IMG/VR virus record: IMGVR_UViG_3300036860_000057
Span: 1 to 64,000 of that record
Strand: one strand, 5' to 3'
DNA length: 64,000 nt
DNA from: a virus
The translations under genes were made by a program, and so were the position numbers. Shown one piece after another: positions 18,689 through 27,449 of this stretch; position 1 is the first letter of the stretch; every line of letters begins with the position of its first letter. The notes beneath the pieces are model-generated. The model was not told the DNA's origin. It did not search any database and was given only the letters and a program-made list of their open reading frames with translations.

Positions 18689-19000
18689 GTGTATGAAATG
18701 GAATGGTGGATGAAGTCTTTTCGAAGAACTAAAATGTTGCGTAGCATGTCTTTGTGGAAATCCCCTAGTGGTGAATGGAAAATTGAATGTCACCATAATA
18801 AATATCATGGTACTCCTCAAGAAATAATATTACCTTTTAGAACCTACAGAAATTTATCAGAAGATAAAGTCAATATGATAATTCGTGCAGCTTGTAATAG
18901 TGGAATAATTCCTCTTATCTTGGATGGTATCTTTGATAATAAGACTACTACGATTTCTTTACATAGATACCACAATAATCAGTTGTTGACCGAAAAGTAG
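18689..19000 (+). CDS. Hypothetical protein
   Basis: ORF within the operon. Confidence 0.55.
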   Translation: MYEMEWWMKSFRRTKMLRSMSLWKSPSGEWKIECHHNKYHGTPQEIILPFRTYRNLSEDKVNMIIRAACNSGIIPLILDGIFDNKTTTISLHRYHNNQLLTEK

Positions 19001-19117
19001 TATTATGATATACTTTAGGTAGTGTGTGGTAGCACTACATTGTAAGGCTATAGCTTGAAACTAAGAGGCTGGCTGATGACTACCACCATCAGTTGGCCTC
19101 TTAGTTTTGGGCTATAG
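18986..19117 (+). promoter_or_regulatory. Promoter plus structured leader of the MTase gene
   Basis: TTGACC-17 bp-TATACT; ~21-bp hairpin 19058-19107 whose loop CTACCAC is complementary to upstream GTGGTAG (19026-19032). Confidence 0.6.
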
Positions 19118-19153
19118 AAAGTTTATAATTACCATATCGTCATGGAGAATAGA

Positions 19154-20377
19154 ATGTCAGAAGAATACCAGTTAGTAGTAGTAAGCAATAATAAGAGTAT
19201 TGCAGAATCAGCTAATAGAAAAGTTAAATATACACCCACTGGACTAATTTTTAGTGGGGAAGAGCTTGTTGATGAAGAGCGGGATTATCTGCATAACGCT
19301 AATGAGATGTTTAGGGTAGGAATGCAGTGGTGTGAGGGTGATCTTCTTGTTGATGATGATAAGACTCCTTATGGTGAGATGTATAAAGAGCGAATGAAGT
19401 CTACAGGAAAGAAGTATGGCACACTGGCAAATTGGAAGTGGGTAGCCAAGTCAATTGAGTTTTCACGGCGTCGTGAAAACCTCTCTTGGAACCATCATTA
19501 TGAAGTAGTCCACTATGATCCAGAGACTCAAGATCGTCTCTTAGATTGGTGTGAGAAGGACCCACACACAGGACAGAAGCATTCTGTCAGAGATTTAAGA
19601 AATCTTATTAATGCAGCTAAACGAATGGAAGTTGATACTCCCGCTCCCTCTGCTGGGTTGTCAGAGTCAATCTATAGTGTATTTCGTGGTGATGTGTGGC
19701 AGTTGGGCAATCATCGGATCATGTGTGGAGATTCTTACAATCAAGATGATGTAGATAAACTACTGAGAGATGCTAAACCAACAGCACTAATCAGTGATCC
19801 ACCTTATGGAATTGACTACAAGCCTAACTGGAATAAGTGGGATGGATCAGCATCAGACTTTAATCCGGTAGAAGGTGATGATCAGGACTTCGATCCAACA
19901 CCTTTCCTAAACTACCTTATTGTCTGCCTATTTGGGGCTAATTATTACAGTCCTAAATTGCCTGTGGGCGGATGGTTGTGCTGGGATAAGAGGGCTGGGG
20001 ATGTAGTAAAGGATTCAATGTTGGGATCACCCTTCGAGTTAGCATGGTATCGATCTATCAGGACTACCAGAAAAGCTATCATGGTGCGTGTTCTACACGG
20101 TGGAGTAGTGAATGCTGATAGCTCAGAAGGCAACAATGAGAAGCGTCACCATCCTACTCAGAAACCTGTACAGGTTATGCGAGAAATACTAGAAAATCTT
20201 ACAACTAACTCTGATGTTGTATATGATCCTTTTGCTGGCTCAGGTTCTACGCTCTTGGCCTGTCAGGAAACTGGAAGAAGTTGCCTAGCAATGGAAATTG
20301 ATCCTGAGTATGTAGCGATTGTTTTACGGCGCTGGGAAAAAATGACAGGTGAAGTTCCTGTAAGATTGGAGTCTTAG
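19154..20377 (+). CDS. Beta-class DNA amino-methyltransferase (N6-A/N4-C) with N-terminal LmbU-like helical domain
   Basis: SDPPYG, HPTQKP, DPFAGSGST, MEIDP; N-terminal W.EGD...YG...SRRRENLSWNHH.EV. Confidence 0.9.
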   Translation: MSEEYQLVVVSNNKSIAESANRKVKYTPTGLIFSGEELVDEERDYLHNANEMFRVGMQWCEGDLLVDDDKTPYGEMYKERMKSTGKKYGTLANWKWVAKSIEFSRRRENLSWNHHYEVVHYDPETQDRLLDWCEKDPHTGQKHSVRDLRNLINAAKRMEVDTPAPSAGLSESIYSVFRGDVWQLGNHRIMCGDSYNQDDVDKLLRDAKPTALISDPPYGIDYKPNWNKWDGSASDFNPVEGDDQDFDPTPFLNYLIVCLFGANYYSPKLPVGGWLCWDKRAGDVVKDSMLGSPFELAWYRSIRTTRKAIMVRVLHGGVVNADSSEGNNEKRHHPTQKPVQVMREILENLTTNSDVVYDPFAGSGSTLLACQETGRSCLAMEIDPEYVAIVLRRWEKMTGEVPVRLES

Positions 20378-20378
20378 A

Positions 20379-20945
20379 ATGGCAGGGATTACTAGGATTC
20401 ATATTAAATCTGATTCAAAGTATCTGGAAGAGAGATTAAAAATAGCACACGACTTTGAAGAACAGGCTAATGATGTATATCGGAATTTATTTTATAATTT
20501 GGAGTTCCCTTTAGCAGATGGAGAAGAAGTTATAGAAGTACCTAAAGGTGACAGATTCGCAAGGTATGACTGGCAAGAAGGAATAGACATCATACTTGAG
20601 TTTAAGTATGGAGATGGTAAGGCTACACTACAGGAGAAGGTACTTACTTATGGGGAAAAGACTACTTTGACTGTAGAAGAAAATAAAGCTAGTGGTGCTA
20701 AAGGGGCATGGTATTACTGTACAGCACAGTATTATTCTGTGTTCTATGTAGTGGATAAAACTAAACCACAACTAGGATTTAGAGACTGGATAGTAGTCAA
20801 CTTTGCTGCATTGAAATTACGTAGATATGGTTGGCAAATCCAAGATGGAATAGAAAGAGGAGAAACTTTTAGATTTATAGACTTTTCTAAAATTAATTCA
20901 GATTGCATAATAGGAAGCAAATTCAAAGGTTCAGGAGCCTTCTAA
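20379..20945 (+). CDS. Putative PD-(D/E)xK nuclease-like protein coupled to the MTase
   Basis: D...GID...QEK...TVE motif spacing; starts 1 nt after the MTase stop. Confidence 0.5.
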   Translation: MAGITRIHIKSDSKYLEERLKIAHDFEEQANDVYRNLFYNLEFPLADGEEVIEVPKGDRFARYDWQEGIDIILEFKYGDGKATLQEKVLTYGEKTTLTVEENKASGAKGAWYYCTAQYYSVFYVVDKTKPQLGFRDWIVVNFAALKLRRYGWQIQDGIERGETFRFIDFSKINSDCIIGSKFKGSGAF

Positions 20946-21166
20946 TGAACAAATCCAAAGTAACTCGTGAAGTCTACAAGAAAACTGTTTATCGCTGGTT
21001 CGCCAATCTTGGATGTGTAGCCCAAGCACTCACACCTAAGCAACACATTTATCTGATCTGGTACTTTCAGTCCAAGTGTGTGTGGTCAGTACATTGTAGA
21101 AAGACTGGTGATAGACGAGAATTTACAGACCTGGAGGACATGAAACGGCATCTTTCTAGCAAATAG
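20945..21166 (+). CDS. Hypothetical protein
   Basis: TAATG coupling with GGAG RBS. Confidence 0.6.
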   Translation: MNKSKVTREVYKKTVYRWFANLGCVAQALTPKQHIYLIWYFQSKCVWSVHCRKTGDRREFTDLEDMKRHLSSK

Positions 21167-21188
21167 AAAATAACAAAGGAGAATACAA

Positions 21189-22283
21189 ATGACTGAAGCC
21201 AAACTTAGAAAAATAATTTTGTGGATTTCAAAGATTGCGATCTTAGTAATTTCTGCACCAGCTACGCTTGGTGTGGTTGATCAGGCTTATAGAGGTAAGG
21301 TTGTACAAATACTAGGACTAGACCTTCTCTGGTTGATCAAAATTGCTGTATTAGCAATGGTAGAAGGCGCATTTCTTTATTTCTGGCAACTAGTAGAAGA
21401 TAACAAAAGTCTACAAACAAAAGAAGAACAGGAACAAAATACTTATATCCTTGCGGCATGGAGTATGTATGGTGTTTTGTTATTTGTAGGTATTCTACAT
21501 GGAGAAGGCGCAGCTTCTTTAGTATTTCGTTTTGCTATGGGTCTTCTTATGTATGTAGCTACAAATGATAAACTGGCTGCAATGAGAAGAAAATATCAAA
21601 CAGAGCAAGCCTCTGGTAAAAGAAAATCAAGAAAGGTACGACAGGCAGAGGCTAAAGCAGAAGAAGAAATCTCTTTACATCTTATCTCTGCAAACAAAGG
21701 AAAACAAATTGCAGCTATAGACAGTCAAGAGAATCTGATGATAACAGTAAGTGAGGTTTCTGCTAAGAAAAGAATTTTGTTATTGAACAAAGTAGAAATT
21801 GTAGATGGTGAGGTGATAGAAATCAAATCACTACCAGCAGGACAACCTGTAACAAATACTGAAGAAGAGAATACAAACCAAGAAGAAAAGAAAGAAGAAA
21901 CCACAACAAAACCGGAACAAACAGAACAAGAAGTAATAGAAACTGATTGTTATGTGATTACTTCACAAGAAAATGGTTTTCTAGTCTCTTGTAAGTTGTG
22001 CTCTTATTCAGTTCTAAAAACAAATGTTCCAGGGAAAGATACCAAATTATCAGCTATTCGTGCAGCATCAAGACATTGTGGTATGCATAAAGAGAAGGAG
22101 GAGCCTAAACAACTTCCACCATCTGAATCGGTAGTGATAAGAACTCCTACTGAGGAGGAATTTGAAAAGGCTACACAAGAAGTGGTAGAACAATTTAAGG
22201 ATGGATTGAATTATCTAGCGGAGACACCAACTACTGATCCTGAGAGTAGGTTTCAGCAGCAATCTGGTGCAGGAGAGTTTTAG
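21189..22283 (+). CDS. Membrane protein (3-4 TM) with coiled coil and C2H2-like Zn finger
   Basis: Hydrophobic segments in the first 130 aa; CKLC...HCGMH. Confidence 0.75.
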   Translation: MTEAKLRKIILWISKIAILVISAPATLGVVDQAYRGKVVQILGLDLLWLIKIAVLAMVEGAFLYFWQLVEDNKSLQTKEEQEQNTYILAAWSMYGVLLFVGILHGEGAASLVFRFAMGLLMYVATNDKLAAMRRKYQTEQASGKRKSRKVRQAEAKAEEEISLHLISANKGKQIAAIDSQENLMITVSEVSAKKRILLLNKVEIVDGEVIEIKSLPAGQPVTNTEEENTNQEEKKEETTTKPEQTEQEVIETDCYVITSQENGFLVSCKLCSYSVLKTNVPGKDTKLSAIRAASRHCGMHKEKEEPKQLPPSESVVIRTPTEEEFEKATQEVVEQFKDGLNYLAETPTTDPESRFQQQSGAGEF

Positions 22284-22290
22284 AAACTAA

Positions 22291-22318
22291 AAGAGGCTAC
22301 TCAATAAGTAGCCTCTTC
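22291..22318. terminator. Likely bidirectional intrinsic terminator
   Basis: aagaggctact-caata-agtagcctctt between convergent genes. Confidence 0.75.
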
Positions 22319-22336
22319 TGTTATAGACTATAAAAC

Positions 22337-23434
22337 TTAGTTCTTAGATAATGCTACAGCCTGCTTGAATGCTCCATCCATTGCCTCACCACGATCACCA
22401 ATTAGAATATTAGTCATCTGCTTGGCTTTATCACCACGATATACATCACTGTGGTTGATCGTCTGAGTAATGGCTTGGAATCCACCATACACAGTGTCAG
22501 CAGCATAGCTGTACTCATTATTTAACTTCTGGAAATTACCACGAGCCTCTAGGCGAAGTTCACCAATGGTTGTATTCCTCTTGTCCATCCAATCCTGCTT
22601 ATCTTGTGCTACTACGCGAGTAGCATTAATCGCCTTGGAAGATGCACCTGCTGGAATGATACGAGCAAGCTCTAGTTCTCTAGGTTCTGCTACATAAGGA
22701 AAGGCAGACACCAGCAGTGAGTCAAGTCCATCTAAAGTCAATGGAGTTCTTAGCATCTGCTCGAATTGATGAAGTGCCTTGGTTCGTTCTTTCTCAGCAA
22801 TCACCATCAGATCACGCCTAAATTCTAGCTCACGATGAATGTCTCCATTGTGAGGAATTCGATGCATCTCACGAGCGCTGCTCATTGCCAGCATATATGT
22901 GTTATAGCACACTTCACGAACTGTAGTAATTCCCCAGAAGGCTGCACCAGGGCCAGAACGATCATCTGATACATGCAGATAGGTACGTGTCTTCTCAGTC
23001 TCAATTCCACCTACTTCATAGTCTTCCATGCGTAGAGTAATGAAGCTGATCTGCCAATCTTTCACCACTGCACAAGTCTCAACAGGATATTTCTCGGATA
23101 CTGGATCGAGGATTTTGCCAAGGTCCCTGTGTTGGATCATCTTGTAGCGATTGCCAATCCCACTGCGAACCAGTCTTGGTTCAGGGTCAGATGGAATAGG
23201 CTCACGCCACATATCGAAACGATTCTTCACAGGAATACGATGCACTTCTGTAGGCTTGCCATTCTCATCATAAGCCAGAGGATATTCTGAGTAAGCTGGA
23301 TGCAGAGAATACTCGAAGTTCATTCCTGCCCATTCCAGTGCTTCAGATGCAATCATAGGGGTGTTGAACACCGGCATTTTCTCGTGCCATGCCCCTGTCT
23401 CGTATCCAGCACCAATGTTGAAGTAATCAGGCAT
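22337..23434 (-). CDS. DUF932/DUF945-like phage/plasmid protein
   Basis: AWH...EALEWAGMNF, Y..IQH, T.VR.VC.NT, HNGD, T.YG.F.A.T...H. Confidence 0.8.
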   Translation of the reverse strand: MPDYFNIGAGYETGAWHEKMPVFNTPMIASEALEWAGMNFEYSLHPAYSEYPLAYDENGKPTEVHRIPVKNRFDMWREPIPSDPEPRLVRSGIGNRYKMIQHRDLGKILDPVSEKYPVETCAVVKDWQISFITLRMEDYEVGGIETEKTRTYLHVSDDRSGPGAAFWGITTVREVCYNTYMLAMSSAREMHRIPHNGDIHRELEFRRDLMVIAEKERTKALHQFEQMLRTPLTLDGLDSLLVSAFPYVAEPRELELARIIPAGASSKAINATRVVAQDKQDWMDKRNTTIGELRLEARGNFQKLNNEYSYAADTVYGGFQAITQTINHSDVYRGDKAKQMTNILIGDRGEAMDGAFKQAVALSKN

Positions 23435-23476
23435 TGTTCTTTCCTTTCATATAAGTGTGTTTTATAGTCTAATTAT

Positions 23477-23505
23477 ATTATATTCCTATTTTATAGTGTT
23501 GTCAA
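23477..23505 (-). promoter_or_regulatory. Sigma70 promoter
   Basis: TTGACA-17 bp-TATAAT. Confidence 0.85.
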
Positions 23506-23884
23506 CCAACTTCCCATCTCTGAACTCAACAATTTCTACATAATCAGCAGTTCCTACATCCCAGCGAGGATTGAAGTTAGGATCATTGAATGTATCAATA
23601 TAAAGACTCCAATCCTTACTATTTCCATATTGATTAGTGAGGTAATCATAGAAAAGAGATACAGGAGTCATAGTAACCAAACACGCCTCACATCCAAAGT
23701 CTGAAATTTCTCGTGCTCCATAGTGAATTAGATAAGCATGTTGGACGATACTTTCCTTGTCTTTATGAACCCAATGTCTGATGTATTCAGCTACATTTTT
23801 GGCATTAAATCCATTATCACCTGCAATAACCTTGCAGACTACTTCTCCATCTACTACTACTGAAACGAGTCCTTGTGTTGCCAT
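23486..23884 (-). CDS. Hypothetical protein
   Basis: AAGGA RBS, 132 aa. Confidence 0.7.
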   Translation of the reverse strand: MATQGLVSVVVDGEVVCKVIAGDNGFNAKNVAEYIRHWVHKDKESIVQHAYLIHYGAREISDFGCEACLVTMTPVSLFYDYLTNQYGNSKDWSLYIDTFNDPNFNPRWDVGTADYVEIVEFRDGKLVDNTIK

Positions 23885-23895
23885 TATTGATCCTT

Positions 23896-24003
23896 TCTAA
23901 ACATGCACGCCAATATTGAACTACTAAAATCATTAAAACATTCTCTGATTTTCCCAATCAAGTGATTTTACTGTTCCATACTATGATTTCTAATTACCAT
24001 ATT
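23896..24003. repeat. Degenerate ~100-bp intergenic repeat (other copies 24941-25021 partial, 27478-27600) carrying ATGCACG
   Basis: Shared ctaaacatgcacg...tattgaa...ttctctgatt...agtgattt...actatgatttc. Confidence 0.7.
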
Positions 24004-24007
24004 GATG

Positions 24008-24074
24008 TGGACCTGCTTGGAGTCGAACCAAGTTCTTGTCCCAACCTACGGGACAATCGATACCCATCAGGCCC
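24008..24074 (-). ncRNA. tmRNA tRNA-like-domain (TLD)-only RNA
   Basis: GGGCCTG ATGGGTATCGA TTGTCCC GTAGGTT GGGACAA GAA CTTGG TTCGACT CCAAG CAGGTCC A: G3-U70, A73, stemless D loop ending GA, GA after the helix, T arm. Confidence 0.8.
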
Positions 24075-24098
24075 ATTCTCATCTGCCCATATGATATT

Positions 24099-24299
24099 CT
24101 AGTTGTGTGCGTAGACGTAGGTTTCAGCAGAGTTACTAGCTCTGGCGAGTTCCCATGTCTTACTCTTCATCAGCAGCTTCTTCAGTCTGTCTGTCTTAGT
24201 TCCCAGAGGAAATTCCCGTAGGAATGGAAACTCTGTGAACCACATTTGACACACACCGGAACCATACAAGAACTGAATACGGAATAATTTTCTCATCAT
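24099..24299 (-). CDS. 66-aa hypothetical protein enclosed by a 13-bp inverted repeat
   Basis: CAGGAG RBS, MMRKLFRIQF...; flanking IR at 24077-24089 and 24314-24326. Confidence 0.65.
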   Translation of the reverse strand: MMRKLFRIQFLYGSGVCQMWFTEFPFLREFPLGTKTDRLKKLLMKSKTWELARASNSAETYVYAHN

Positions 24300-24329
24300 A
24301 TCTCCTGTGAGTGTGGGCAGATGAGATAA

Positions 24330-24387
24330 TGGTGCAGCAGAGACTCGAACTCTGTGTAGGCCCACCTACCACACCAGAATATGCACG
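24330..24387 (-). ncRNA. Degenerate anticodon-less tRNA-like element
   Basis: GTGCA/TGCAC acceptor core, GTAGG-TGGG-CCTAC short arm, CAGAG-TTCGAGT-CTCTG T arm. Confidence 0.6.
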
Positions 24388-24402
24388 TCACTGTCTATCT
24401 TG

Positions 24403-24432
24403 ATTCTATAATCAGATCAGTGATTGTGTCAA
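24403..24432 (-). promoter_or_regulatory. Sigma70 promoter upstream of the tRNA-mimic cassette
   Basis: TTGACA-18 bp-TAGAAT. Confidence 0.7.
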
Positions 24433-24436
24433 GTGA

Positions 24437-24940
24437 TTAGTATTTGTTATGAAGGTGTTTCCAGACCTTTCCTAGTTTTATACGAGATATGGCAACTTCA
24501 CTTACATTGTATATCTTAGCTATTTTACTCTGCTTGATTTTATTGCTATTTAGTAATTTTATTATCTCTATTACTTGCTCTTCTGTTAATTTAGCACTAC
24601 CATGATTCTCTCCAATAGACTTAACAATCCTTCCTTTGGATTTACAGTCTTTCATATTGTCATCTTGTGTACCTAGTTTGAGGTGATTAGGATTAACACA
24701 AGAAGGATTATCACAGAGATGCATCACTAGTTTATTATCCGGTATGTCTCCATTTACTAACATCCACGACAATCTGTGTGCTCTGTATCTCTTGTGATCA
24801 ATAGCAATAATTCCATAATTATGATGATCTTTGTGCCCTAACCATTCCCAGCACTCACTATCTGATTTCTTGTTTATTTTGCTCCAAAAGTATTCAATTG
24901 GATTCATCTTTCCAAATTTGCTCATAATTTGTTCCTTCAT
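24437..24940 (-). CDS. HNH (HNH_3-type) homing endonuclease with C-terminal HTH
   Basis: CWEW, YG, AHRLSW, MHLCDNPSCVNPNHL, N..D; KLTEEQV...IAKIYNVS. Confidence 0.92.
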   Translation of the reverse strand: MKEQIMSKFGKMNPIEYFWSKINKKSDSECWEWLGHKDHHNYGIIAIDHKRYRAHRLSWMLVNGDIPDNKLVMHLCDNPSCVNPNHLKLGTQDDNMKDCKSKGRIVKSIGENHGSAKLTEEQVIEIIKLLNSNKIKQSKIAKIYNVSEVAISRIKLGKVWKHLHNKY

Positions 24941-25021
24941 TTACATGCACGTAGAAATATGCACGTCAGAATATGAGTATTGACTCAAGTGATTGATCTC
25001 TAGTGATCTTTTCTAGTGATT

Positions 25022-25204
25022 TTAGTCTCCCATACTATGGTTCGATAAGGACAGAGAAACGAAAAGTCCCCCAAAAAACACGCCAATAAGCATTGAAACA
25101 AACGTTTCGTCAATGGGCAATCCAGACCAATATCTTATTCCTGTTGATATAATCATCATCATGATAGTTATCAACGTTCCCCTACCAACCATTTTCCAGT
25201 TCAT
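25022..25204 (-). CDS. Small 2-TM membrane protein
   Basis: Two hydrophobic helices; GAGG RBS. Confidence 0.6.
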   Translation of the reverse strand: MNWKMVGRGTLITIMMMIISTGIRYWSGLPIDETFVSMLIGVFFGGLFVSLSLSNHSMGD

Positions 25205-25269
25205 TATCTCACCTCACAACTAGAATAATCCCTCTATAGGATGAACTATAGAGGGTGAATAGATTAGCA

Positions 25270-26397
25270 CTATAACATAGTAGGCATAATAATGTGCCAT
25301 GCAGCATACTCAGGTGTAAACTTGATCATGTATCCTATATTAGAAACATTCTTGAAATCAGCACGAATAGAATACCCATCGAACTTAGCAAGAGTTTCCA
25401 CCAATTGGCTGATCTTGTAGCCTGACTTGATCGACTCACCAATCACATAAGCATCGACTACGCTGTCTGTAGTACCCAGATCGCGACTAGTAGCACTCAC
25501 CCGAATGATCTGCTTATCCTTGTCAGACTCAAGTGATGTGAACTCAGAAAATACTTCAGAACGTTTTAGGACAATAGACAGACCATCAGGATCAACTCTC
25601 AGTGTATGCAGATCATTGGCAAAGAATATATGAGTGTAGTCAGGAAATTGGCCCTCTGTAAGATGCACGGCGAATTCAGCGTTTCCAGACACAATAAACA
25701 ACATTCCAGCATTGAAAATCAAGTCAATATCTTCCTCATACTTAATCTCATCAGCAAACAGTGACTTGAATTTCTCAATGGCTGATAGAGGCACGAGTCC
25801 CGATACTTTCCCATCGAATGATGGACTCCCAAACTCATATTCTCTGTGAGCCATGCGCTTAGTATCTGATGTTGTAACCTTGAGGGTGTTGGTATCATAC
25901 TCGAACCAGACACCACTCAGGGCAGGCAGAACATCATCCTTAGAGGCAGCATACAACACCTCATTCAAGAGCTTCAACAGCACAGCAGCATTGATCATAA
26001 TGCTAGGACTATCCTCAGCCTCATTATCTCTAGGCCAAGGAATTAAAGGGAATTCCTCACCGTCGATTCCCTTGAATGATGCTTTAGTCGCTCCGCAAAC
26101 AATATTCAATTCCATCGTTCTCTGTACTATGTCTAGCTCGACTCGCTCAGGGGAGAGACGATCTACGAACTTAGCGAACCTGGTATAGGGAACACAGATT
26201 GATCCGTCCTGATCGACTACTGCCCCAACACCTACACGCATATCAGTATCCAGATCAGAAGTCTCAAGATAAACACGCCCTGCATGAGTAGAAATTCTCA
26301 CTGATTCTAGTACAGGCAGTGTTGATTTCTTAGAGACTGTCTTACCAACACGCCTCAGACCATTGGTTAGATTGTCTTGCAACATTGATACTTTCAT
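25270..26397 (-). CDS. dnaN: DNA polymerase III beta sliding clamp
   Basis: MKVSM...STLPVLE...SDLD, EEFPLIP, P.LSGV, SDTKRMA, EGQFPDY, IIMP C-terminus; 375 aa. Confidence 0.93.
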   Translation of the reverse strand: MKVSMLQDNLTNGLRRVGKTVSKKSTLPVLESVRISTHAGRVYLETSDLDTDMRVGVGAVVDQDGSICVPYTRFAKFVDRLSPERVELDIVQRTMELNIVCGATKASFKGIDGEEFPLIPWPRDNEAEDSPSIMINAAVLLKLLNEVLYAASKDDVLPALSGVWFEYDTNTLKVTTSDTKRMAHREYEFGSPSFDGKVSGLVPLSAIEKFKSLFADEIKYEEDIDLIFNAGMLFIVSGNAEFAVHLTEGQFPDYTHIFFANDLHTLRVDPDGLSIVLKRSEVFSEFTSLESDKDKQIIRVSATSRDLGTTDSVVDAYVIGESIKSGYKISQLVETLAKFDGYSIRADFKNVSNIGYMIKFTPEYAAWHIIMPTML

Positions 26398-26432
26398 TAT
26401 GTTTATCCTTTTATTGTAACAGGCACGTCGAA

Positions 26433-26801
26433 TTAGATGTTACGTCTAAATGAGAATTGTGCAAGTGGTTTCCATGATTCCTTTTGTCTCCAATAGGCAA
26501 ATGTAGGAATCAATTTCTTATCCTCTACTAGATGACCAATGCGATCCAGTGTGCTGTTGCTAGCCGTACGCATCTTACCGATCATTAACTGAGGATCACG
26601 AGAAAACATTACTTGTGTCTCCCCTGTATTGAGAGTCACTACCAAGACTCTATATACTTGATTAACTGGTCCCTCATAAGCATCAGGCAACATAGCATAG
26701 CACGCTGAGCAATATCCATCTCCAGCGTCATTCTCCTCTGTAATTTCATTGGCACATACACGGCAAACAGGCACGTCAAATTCTTCATTCTCTTGTATCA
26801 T
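26433..26801 (-). CDS. Hypothetical protein with N-terminal Zn ribbon
   Basis: CRVC...CSAC. Confidence 0.65.
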   Translation of the reverse strand: MIQENEEFDVPVCRVCANEITEENDAGDGYCSACYAMLPDAYEGPVNQVYRVLVVTLNTGETQVMFSRDPQLMIGKMRTASNSTLDRIGHLVEDKKLIPTFAYWRQKESWKPLAQFSFRRNI

Positions 26802-26879
26802 GATAGATATTCCTCTCTGTGTGATTATTAATAGCCTAATTCGAGTATCCTACAACTAAGTAAGATACTCTAGGTTAAG

Positions 26880-27380
26880 CTATAAAGTGTTTTCGTCCCA
26901 TCCAATAATGATATGTTTCAATCCAATTTCATTAGCTTCTGATACAATTTTATTGAATTGATCCCAGAATGAATCACCAATCACAATAAAACTCTCAATC
27001 AAGTTATCAGGCTCAACAGTGAGCCATTTACCTTTGTTCACAAACATATTGTATTCATATACCACATTTGGATCAATCTTGGTTGGGCCGGGATTATCTA
27101 ATCGATATTCTTCGATCCAATGCTCTGCAATCTCATCAAAGTTAACCTCAGAGATCGCAGCATTGATCAGATCAGAGAACATATTAGCTTGACCGCCCAG
27201 TGGGTTATCTTCCTCTATGTATTCCTTCAGAGCATCAGCCAGATCATACACGGCGTAATCAGAGTATGGATCAGAGATCATATCTCGAACCATATCATAG
27301 CTATCTTGCTCATTGGATAACCACAGACTGACTAACCATGTCTCATGGTTGTACCATCCGTTGTATTCTTTGTGTTCCAT
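26880..27380 (-). CDS. Phage protein of the YNGWxNxETW family
   Basis: YNGWYNHETWLVSLWL...VNFDEIA; AAGGAGTCA RBS. Confidence 0.75.
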   Translation of the reverse strand: MEHKEYNGWYNHETWLVSLWLSNEQDSYDMVRDMISDPYSDYAVYDLADALKEYIEEDNPLGGQANMFSDLINAAISEVNFDEIAEHWIEEYRLDNPGPTKIDPNVVYEYNMFVNKGKWLTVEPDNLIESFIVIGDSFWDQFNKIVSEANEIGLKHIIIGWDENTL

Positions 27381-27420
27381 CGTTTGACTCCTTGTCAAAA
27401 TATGCACGTCTCTATTTATA

Positions 27421-27449
27421 ATTATATTCCTAGTTTATAACTAGGTCAA
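27421..27449 (-). promoter_or_regulatory. Sigma70 promoter with palindromic operator-like spacer
   Basis: TTGACC-17 bp-TATAAT; CCTAGTT-ATA-AACTAGG dyad overlapping the -35. Confidence 0.8.
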
